DNA of 63,901 bases, the filler included, from Choristocarpus tenellus KU-1152 (Eukaryota > Protista > Phaeophyceae), in the NCBI GenBank assembly GCA_964200185.2. It is 12 parts of 12 records of this genome, joined end to end, with 100 filler letters (N's around TTAATTAATTAA, not from the genome) between each part and the next. Parts side by side here need not be neighbours in the genome. Positions count along the whole stretch, not along the records: positions 61,391 to 63,901 come from CAXNAD020027195.1; 11 more parts are not named here. One strand, 5' to 3'. A program made the translations under genes and the position numbers. This document shows, one piece after another, positions 62,111 to 63,901 of the stretch. Numbering within the stretch: the first letter of the stretch is position 1; each line of letters begins with the position of its first letter. Below the pieces are notes generated by a model. It saw only the letters and a program-made list of their open reading frames with translations. It was not told the DNA's origin and ran no database searches.

Positions 62111-63297
62111 ACCACAAAAAAAAAAAAAAAAAAATATATTTCCCCACAAAAAAAAAAAAAAAAAAAAAAAANNNNNNNNNNCCCTAACCCTTGTTCTCCA
62201 CCATATCTACAAAATCATCAACTACCCCCCCACCCACCCACCCACCTTTTCTCAGAGCGTTACACAAGTGTTGTCTACTCTGTCACCCAAAATCAAGAAA
62301 TCGCAAAAGGCTTATGTTGCAAGCAACTACTGCCACAGTGCATAGCACAATTAAAGGAGAGTACAAGCCTACCTACCTAAAGCACCGGATCGATGTGTAA
62401 ACAGGATAGAAAATAGTCCTTAGTATATATATATTTATTTTTTTCAAGTGTTGAAAAACACTGTCAATAAAAAAAAAGTGTGATACAAATGCACCAGTAG
62501 AGGCAGTCGTGTGTTGTACCAACACTGCAGTAAAATTCTTCTGGGCAAAAAAAAAAACACACACACACACATGAAACTCTTCGCTCACAACTATATCCTC
62601 ACCGGCGTATAAAAATATAAAAAATCAACAGGACGAAAAAAAAGAACTCTTTGAAATTTCAAACCCGCCACGTTCTTTTTCAGCATCATCGCAAAAATAA
62701 ATTTAAAAGATCTTTAGTTCAGCGGTTCAAAATAAAAAATAAGCTGAGAAGTTGCGAGCTTCAACGATTCAATCGAATGAATTCACTGACAACTCTTCCG
62801 TTGTGCTCTCTCCAGCACACAACCTGTGGCGCCCTAATCACCAATTGCACAACAACAGCTGACCTATATAGATAGAAACAGCTAGGCCGCCTTGCCTTGC
62901 ACAGAAAATCTTCATCTGATCTGAAACACAAGAGCATAACAACTGCGTTATCTATTGGTGGGTGCATCCTAAATAAACGCCTTCCCCTCTCCGTGCAAAA
63001 CACAACTGCGCAAACAAATGTTATCTAATCTCGACCTCATTTCTACCCTGCGACATACAGGTGTGTATAGATTTACCAACATCACAAAAAAAAAGATATG
63101 TCGAATCCCATCCCTCCTTCGCACAAGCCATCTTTTTCCATACTGTGTAATGAACTTTTGATATGTTTTAATTACGAAAACCACAGCATTTCAGTCAGCT
63201 AGAAAAAAAAAATGAAGTGCTTTGGTTTGCTAAAGCAAGCGTATCTGGATCACACATCCATTTGTGAAACAAAATGAATGATAAACCTGATCTACCG

Positions 63298-63329
<32 letters not shown>

Positions 63330-63901
63330 TAAAAAATACGAAAAACTAACACCTTTCTGTCATTAAAATGGTTGCCATACATAGAGAATTTCATCGCAAC
63401 TCATTTTCAAGGAGTTTTTGAGCAGGCAGTGTAGCCAGGCAGGGCTGTGGACTGGTGAACATAATACACAGTTCAGCTGCCAGCAGACCACTTTCCCTCC
63501 CTGATGACACATTAAAACTTTGCAAGCCCCGACACTTAACCCCATGAGAAAATATCAGGGGCAGCAGGCTCACACAAATCTTCCTTGAGCACTTTAGAAA
63601 TCAAATGCTTATGCCACAAGAAAAATTAGGTGTGAGACTACATATGTTTGTGTCGATATACATCACAACTGAAGGTTGAATTACGGTCTGGCACCAGTAT
63701 CACTACGTCAAAACAGCAACAACAGTACATTATGAACACTGGAGAGGTGTGGGGAAACATGCACACATTCTTTTTTAACGCATTGAAAGCATCACCTACA
63801 AACAGCACACAAAACATCTCTATATCTATTTCTATGTAATGTCTGGGTCACCCTTCATAGGCAGTGGCTCAACTAACACCACAAGACCCCCTCCAGCCCC
63901 C

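Noticed and set aside
61391-63901. Possible minus-strand exons (~62300-62370, 62790-62865, 63400-63595)
   Set aside because: I could not build a phase-consistent chain or recognise a product.

Overview
This is eukaryotic, intron-rich DNA, and the window is not one locus. It is 12 short contigs joined by artificial 100-nt spacers (44 N + TTAATTAATTAA + 44 N), so nothing should be inferred across a spacer. Gene style points to a photosynthetic stramenopile, probably a brown alga or close relative: short exons, introns of a few hundred bp to ~2 kb, a signal-peptide-plus-Phe plastid presequence and TTAGGG tracts. That assignment is inference. Recognisable genes, mostly partial: organellar-type valyl-tRNA synthetase, RPL3, an ankyrin-repeat protein, Twinkle helicase, an RCC1-repeat protein, a CDC50/LEM3 subunit, a protein with two UBZ-like zinc fingers and an SH3-like domain, a plastid-targeted Rieske-fold protein, and several orphans. 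Mobile DNA is abundant: CRE-like and RTE-like LINEs, three LTR remnants, an IS630/Tc1-like element, hAT remnants and three MITE families with GRG(T/C)CAAAGTA ends. The best finds are (1) two tandem double-guide C/D snoRNAs (snR60/U80-like) in RPL3 intron 3, (2) a Rieske-fold protein that has lost all four 2Fe-2S ligands, (3) a four-level nested transposon stack with resolvable TSDs, and (4) a CpG-rich spliced orphan zinc-finger gene. I found no CRISPR array and nothing I can claim as a new multi-gene system. All exon coordinates were read by eye.
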